Of a stretch of DNA of 37,136 nucleotides, positions 33,101-37,136 are shown piece by piece. Origin of the DNA: Candidatus Woesearchaeota archaeon (lineage in GTDB: Archaea > Nanobdellota > Nanobdellia > Pacearchaeales > GW2011-AR1); contig CAZKBE010000003.1 of NCBI GenBank assembly GCA_964551115.1, positions 1 to 37,136 of the forward strand, given 5' to 3'. Numbering within the stretch: position 1 is the first letter of the stretch; every line of letters starts with the position of its first letter. The notes under the pieces were generated by a model. It did no database searches. It was given only the letters and a program-made list of their open reading frames with translations, and was not told where the DNA came from. Made by a program: the position numbers and the translations under genes.

Positions 33101-35452
33101 AGTAGTCTCTCTGTGAGTCTCACAATAATCTCTCCAAACAGTCATAACCTCTTGCCTAGCCATCGATTGACCAGAAGAACCAGTGACAAGATTTTTTAAA
33201 TTTAAAGCTAGATTTGTAGCTAAACATGCACCTTTTAATCCTTTAATTACCTCAGCAAGTTTAGCATTTCTCTTCTCAAGCTCTACAATGGTTTTATTTA
33301 ACTTTTCAGCCTTCTCGGAAGACTTATTAGGATTTAGTTTTATTAATCTTTGTTCTATACCAATTTTATATGTAAAATTAGCTTCAGTAGTAGTCTTACC
33401 TGCCTCAGATAAAAGTTCAATTTTAGCAACAGTTTGAACATTAATATCTGAAACTTCAAGTAGGTATTCGCTTCCATTAATCTTTCTCTTTAAAGTTTCA
33501 TCGAGTCTTAAGGTAACCTTTCCAGAACCCTCACCAGCCCGCTTAAATTCATTTCCATCTTTAATCAAAACATCAAATTCAGCCCGGTTAGGATAAATTT
33601 TATCTACAATAAAAGAGATATCCTTTATCGTAAAATTCTGTCCTTCTTCAAGAGACCCCTTATAAGCCCCACCAATATTTAATCCAACTTTTTTTGTTCC
33701 AGATTCAACAGCCTTAAAAGATTTTAATTGTACTGCATACATATCTTTATTTATTTCAAAAACAGTTCTAGCATTTGTAGTATCATAATTCCTTTCAGAA
33801 TCTAAACGAGACTCAATTAAAGACTTATAAGAAGAATCAGAATAAGTTATTAAAAATTCTTGCATTAGTGCAATTTTATCTCCATCATAACCTAAAGCAG
33901 AAAGCAGATCAATTTGTTCAAGCATTGCAACTTCTCCAAGCCTATTTAGATCTCCTCGAACCTCCTTATAATTTTCAACTAACTCCTTCACAGCGTTATC
34001 TGCACTTTCCAAGTCCTTAGAAATAGATTCTGCGCTATCTGGAACATCCGATACAACCTCCCCGTCTAGACCAGTAAAACCATTAAATATAATCTTACCC
34101 TCAGAAGATTCTTTCTCGCTACCTTGTTTAAGTACAATTAAATTATCTCCTGCCCTAAAACCTGAAAAAGTATTCAAACTAGATTCTATCTTTTCAATCA
34201 TACCAATATCCTCCTTATTTTTTTCCTGAATATCTGATATTTGTTTAGAAAGCAAAGTATAAACTTCGGATTTAATTTCTTTTGAAGAACCTAGTAAAAC
34301 AATAATTCCATCATCTTTAATCTTTTCAGAATAACCTAAATACCATTTGTATTTTTTATCTTGAGTGATATTTCCCTCAAAAACCAACTCTCCAACAATA
34401 GCTTCTTTCTTAGAAGTTCCAACAGAAATATTGGCTGTAAAAGACCCAAGTAAACTTAAATCTATATCTCCTGCCCCAGAACAACGTAACTTAAGAGTTC
34501 CAGAGCTTCCCCCAAATATTCTCAAATCTGCAACAGTACATCTACCATTTAAAATCTTAGAACCTTTTCGAACCCAAACATCTTCTCCTTCAACGTTTAA
34601 TAAAGCACTATCGTCTGGATAAGTTAGTTCAGAAAGTTTTAATTTAAAATTAGATTTACAGTAAAAACCTGGAAAATATATCAAGGAACTAGTCTCTCCT
34701 TCTTTTAAAACGACTTCACGAACTAATTTTCCCTCACCCGTATAAACCCCTATCCTAGAACTTTTACTATCAGAATCAAGTAATTTCAAATACCCTTTTC
34801 CATTCCAAAACGAAGCAGTGTTCAAATTAGATTCCTCGCCCAATAAGTCTTCTCCTTGTAAAAATAAAACTGCACCTCCCACGCCATATGCTTTCTCGGA
34901 ATCATAATTTACTCTAGCAGTCAAGTTTCCTGCAACAAATTTAGGCATTGTTGCTTCATTTGGATTCTTTTTCAAAGTAATTACAACATAACCTACATTA
35001 TTATATAATGGATCTCCTTCAAGAGTATTATAACTCCTTAATCCTGCTCTAGAGGGATAAAAACTAACTCCGAGCACCCCTTCGGGCATCTTACCACTAA
35101 AACTAATAGACTTAATTGCAGAAACTTTAATCAAAGGATTTATTCTTAATGAAGAAAGTTGACACATAACCTGAACATTTCTCTCAGCAAGTAAGTCGCT
35201 TCTAACAACCATCGGCTCACAACCAGCCGGAGGAATCATCAAAACAAAATCAGTTCCTTGTTCGCACATAGATTGATCAAAAGAACTACCCATACCATCC
35301 CAAAAACTAGAATCCCCAGAACCATAAATGCTATTAGTAGATGGATTAGTATACTGAACATTATTAGTAGAACTAGTAAAATAACTAGTAGCCGAACTAC
35401 CCAAACCGATTAATAAAAAGAATACAAAAAGTAAATAAATTTTATTAGTCAT
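30158..35452 (-). CDS. giant secreted protein (1764 aa); giant partner of cassette 4
   Basis: Signal peptide MTNKIYLLFVFFLLIGLGSSATS. ATGA overlap with the upstream adaptor-family gene. A Cys cluster plus hydrophobic segments lies at aa ~1160-1290 (CQDFMSPGECEFMFNVCDPVMCPVSRCDLGG...IIGSLVLCLP). No family recognised, and no obvious similarity to the other giants. Confidence 0.85.
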   Translation of the reverse strand: MTNKIYLLFVFFLLIGLGSSATSYFTSSTNNVQYTNPSTNSIYGSGDSSFWDGMGSSFDQSMCEQGTDFVLMIPPAGCEPMVVRSDLLAERNVQVMCQLSSLRINPLIKVSAIKSISFSGKMPEGVLGVSFYPSRAGLRSYNTLEGDPLYNNVGYVVITLKKNPNEATMPKFVAGNLTARVNYDSEKAYGVGGAVLFLQGEDLLGEESNLNTASFWNGKGYLKLLDSDSKSSRIGVYTGEGKLVREVVLKEGETSSLIYFPGFYCKSNFKLKLSELTYPDDSALLNVEGEDVWVRKGSKILNGRCTVADLRIFGGSSGTLKLRCSGAGDIDLSLLGSFTANISVGTSKKEAIVGELVFEGNITQDKKYKWYLGYSEKIKDDGIIVLLGSSKEIKSEVYTLLSKQISDIQEKNKEDIGMIEKIESSLNTFSGFRAGDNLIVLKQGSEKESSEGKIIFNGFTGLDGEVVSDVPDSAESISKDLESADNAVKELVENYKEVRGDLNRLGEVAMLEQIDLLSALGYDGDKIALMQEFLITYSDSSYKSLIESRLDSERNYDTTNARTVFEINKDMYAVQLKSFKAVESGTKKVGLNIGGAYKGSLEEGQNFTIKDISFIVDKIYPNRAEFDVLIKDGNEFKRAGEGSGKVTLRLDETLKRKINGSEYLLEVSDINVQTVAKIELLSEAGKTTTEANFTYKIGIEQRLIKLNPNKSSEKAEKLNKTIVELEKRNAKLAEVIKGLKGACLATNLALNLKNLVTGSSGQSMARQEVMTVWRDYCETHRETTTFGTPQTLDACYNTQSSKINKDTAAYTAAIESINKEIGSEKNITKFVKDKFSAKLIENISTGAGFVNLGAGNLSSWDEIRAYMLYEKLRDNSEISPQLKIKVKGDRDAKLLPLVYRVRDTKVLTDNPQEGGIIVRTANTEEYVWNGKFVKDIIPNLNGLTSETPVQMMYLKDKKYLISLTSEDGGKRRVSQVFNLTGDKWVQVTSGEDYGVLVNSVFISPGQCRNANIKPTVSYYDSGSSKGLAASVPFDKVIGWYVKISNSQGGLFSDQAQGYTSSAIPQTFSICNVGRDLRQTPDDACTSVNINQKTSEIRNIAGCILSVQDMDKLITDAQEALRQAGRQYSSKGKITIRISGREEVTADRGSPVGEDGPIEQCQDFMSPGECEFMFNVCDPVMCPVSRCDLGGTNKVSSVIQSGIIGSLVLCLPNFKLFGGDVYVPICLTGVHAGLEAYTSILKAQRDCLNENAKTGAYVGMCDYMTAIYTCNLFWNQFQPLMSNFLPNIFSALTGKQKAGGGEYMTFQKSWSNMESSLDYFKNTYGKNSFTAFKLGNVQEMGTEVCNAFVGTSFPTTAEALDSLLAPESPHQFYGEFQEVPHTGATVPPTSQYKVFAHIFAGNDQGVSYSIYLKNPPTSSYYAGIPYINVETGFIAKGDQKQVSKDFTAPAGYKELCVSINGNEECGFKQVTTDFGVNKLTEAYRAKQAAQTEITTEKECQQGSASVVGFTSINPQAAVTNVIDPRIDLQGIVRICSSVNPGEGTAKQANWKPAGYCGDKAITCWLDEESVKQSAGQILDVAGTIAQAEKNLELLNKQDGTMSEPASQDKIIEIKKMIVTLSKENLIDQTPFILGNITELNTRGYSNLYQAQAVYWKYKLYEKIVYLKALDKSPPAALSVSLPSVSTSITPPEFKIPSTLGELKVGHLLNKAGNVYEVKKIDTLTNGKLVITIVKKGQTNPEPIISGLPTEAISTSTYSFDPSSTI

Positions 35453-37136
35453 TCTAAGCTCACCCCTAAAGGAGAATCCTCAAATTTAATATAATTTTCA
35501 TTTATGTCCTCAAGTTTTGTTGGAACCGAAAATAAAGGAACATTAATTAAAATCTTTTTACTATTTCTTAAAGAATTGTCATCGAAAAATTCCAAAGAGT
35601 TTCCGCCACCAATTAAAACCTGGTCTAAAGATTGAGCAGGAATCACATTACTAAAACATTTAGTTTCGGTAGAACCGGTTAAAGCGCCTAAACCACTAGA
35701 AGGCATTTCGAAGCATTCCTCTTCGGTTCGTGCGGGAAGCGTAATAGTAGAGTTTGTAAAGACCTGCACAGTAACATCATAAACTCCTTCTGCCAGATCA
35801 ACTTTTCTGTTCTCAGGATACATTATGCTACTAGACATATCATCTGAACTAAATCTAACAAGAGCATTACCAGCAATAGCACCAAGATCCACATTGATCG
35901 AATAAATCTTTCTAGCAAGAATTTCTGCCTTTTGAACTTGATTAGAAGAAACAATAAAGCTTCCAGGAGCATAACCTTCAGATCTCGCTTCAACAATTCC
36001 ATTAACACACATGGGAACATTTGTCTTAAGATGACCATTAGTAGTTTCACCTAAAAAACATCTCTCCCCAAGACAACTAAAACTTAACGCCGAAGCAACG
36101 CCTTTGTCATCAAAATCTTTAACAGAAATCTCCATTTCTTGATTTCTATTCTTACACACCACCTCTTCCTGACCAAAATATTCTCCAATAGGGGTATCTT
36201 TTTTAATCTGATTTCTCTCTACAAAAACAACCAAAGGAAATTGAAACATTTCTCTTTCATCACCAATCTGAACAAGAACCGGTAAGATAACATCATAAAT
36301 TAAATTATACTCTACAAAACAAAATCCAAGCATGTTCATACCAGGTTGCAAACCCACAGGTTCTGCAAAGTCTTTCCCATAAATCTCAATTTTTGTAGGC
36401 CAAGAACTAGAATAGAGAAAATTAACTGGCTCATTTACATTTATTCCAATATCCTTAACAAAATAACTGTCTGCACTAGAAGAATAACTTCCCTTTAACT
36501 TCACAAATGCAAAATTATCTGCCATAGCCAAAGAAATATTCTGCCTTATTTGAGGGAAATTAAAAAATAAAGGAGTACAACCAACTTCAAAGCCTCTTGT
36601 GGGTGCATTTAAAGCAAGAGTATCTAAAGCATAACTTTCCAAAAATTTCTCTTCTTTTTGATAGTCGTATATCTCCTTAGCTAAACTATAAAGACGACCA
36701 AGTTTAGATCTAACAGTTAAACGATGTTGTCCAAATCTATAAAAATCCTCATCTAAACTAAATCTCAATTCATTTTTAACTTCTACGTTAATCTGAGAGT
36801 TCTCTATTTCAACGGTTACACTTCCTGCATCAACATCAACCAAATAGCCACGAGATTCAAAATCGCCAAAGTCACAATTCTGGAGATCTTCTTGAATATA
36901 TAATTGCAAATCGGTTTCCATGCTTCTTATTGTAGGAACTTGTTCACGAACAATATTATTCCCAGAAACATAAAACCAATGAGGTATTGCTACCCCTAAA
37001 AGGTCTAATTGGGAAGAAGAAGGCATATAAGGAGATCCGGCTTCAAATTCGGGAGTTTCTATATATCCTCCCTGGGACTCTAAAATACTAACTCCTTCAA
37101 GAGTTATAGATTCAATACAAGAAAGATAATAAGAAT
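35449..37136 (-). CDS. enlarged adaptor-family protein, cassette 4 (5'-partial; more than 560 aa)
   Basis: The reading frame stays open from the track's ATG (37026) to the window edge. Hand translation of 37027-37136: SYYLSCIESITLEGVSILESQGGYIETPEFEAGSPY. That segment and the following ...SMETDLQLYIQEDLQNC...SRGYLVDVDAGSVTVEIEN align with the 12147-12923 adaptor (ECLEEVTLDGIYFNSLQGGYY, LEDELNKYIEDNLNFC, ARDYELSFGDNLDVKSNI). The true N-terminus lies beyond the window. Confidence 0.75.
   Translation of the reverse strand, partial: SYYLSCIESITLEGVSILESQGGYIETPEFEAGSPYMPSSSQLDLLGVAIPHWFYVSGNNIVREQVPTIRSMETDLQLYIQEDLQNCDFGDFESRGYLVDVDAGSVTVEIENSQINVEVKNELRFSLDEDFYRFGQHRLTVRSKLGRLYSLAKEIYDYQKEEKFLESYALDTLALNAPTRGFEVGCTPLFFNFPQIRQNISLAMADNFAFVKLKGSYSSSADSYFVKDIGINVNEPVNFLYSSSWPTKIEIYGKDFAEPVGLQPGMNMLGFCFVEYNLIYDVILPVLVQIGDEREMFQFPLVVFVERNQIKKDTPIGEYFGQEEVVCKNRNQEMEISVKDFDDKGVASALSFSCLGERCFLGETTNGHLKTNVPMCVNGIVEARSEGYAPGSFIVSSNQVQKAEILARKIYSINVDLGAIAGNALVRFSSDDMSSSIMYPENRKVDLAEGVYDVTVQVFTNSTITLPARTEEECFEMPSSGLGALTGSTETKCFSNVIPAQSLDQVLIGGGNSLEFFDDNSLRNSKKILINVPLFSVPTKLEDINENYIKFEDSPLGVSLE

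Overview
The window is a visibly AT-rich archaeal fragment. Archaeal origin is supported by TFB, an Sm-like protein, ribosomal protein S8e, RNase Z, three archaeal-type tRNAs, and BRE/TATA boxes placed about 25-32 nt upstream of ATGs, which implies leaderless first genes. Inferring a small-genome, DPANN-like lineage is my guess from composition and gene content; I could not check it. About 38% of the window is housekeeping: ppsA, a metallophosphoesterase, an orphan receiver domain, a Trm11-like methyltransferase, a radical SAM/SPASM enzyme, a dPGM-family phosphatase, rnz, a CorC/CNNM transporter, LSm, rps8e, tfb and nadK. The other ~62% is two minus-strand islands of secreted or surface protein genes (7638-23763 and 30158-37136). 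These islands have a recurring architecture. A protein with an archaeal class III (type IV prepilin-like) signal peptide is translationally coupled to a giant Sec-signal protein of 0.7-1.8 kaa, which is extremely Cys-rich in two of the four copies. I recognise no characterised family for either partner. This cassette occurs four times. One giant gene is a single ORF whose paralog is split into three coupled ORFs. The single-ORF copy is itself broken by a perfect 329-bp tandem duplication. Three more pilin-like genes and a small wHTH gene flank the first island, and no pilus ATPase, platform protein or prepilin peptidase is in the window. Other notable points are a tRNA-Cys with a non-canonical D/T-loop elbow next to the Cys-rich operon, a tandemly duplicated BRE/TATA element in front of tfb, and two palindromic TATA elements exactly midway between divergent start codons. 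I saw no rRNA, CRISPR array, transposase or integrase. All coordinates, translations and repeat comparisons were done by hand from the sequence and the ORF track. No database search was possible.
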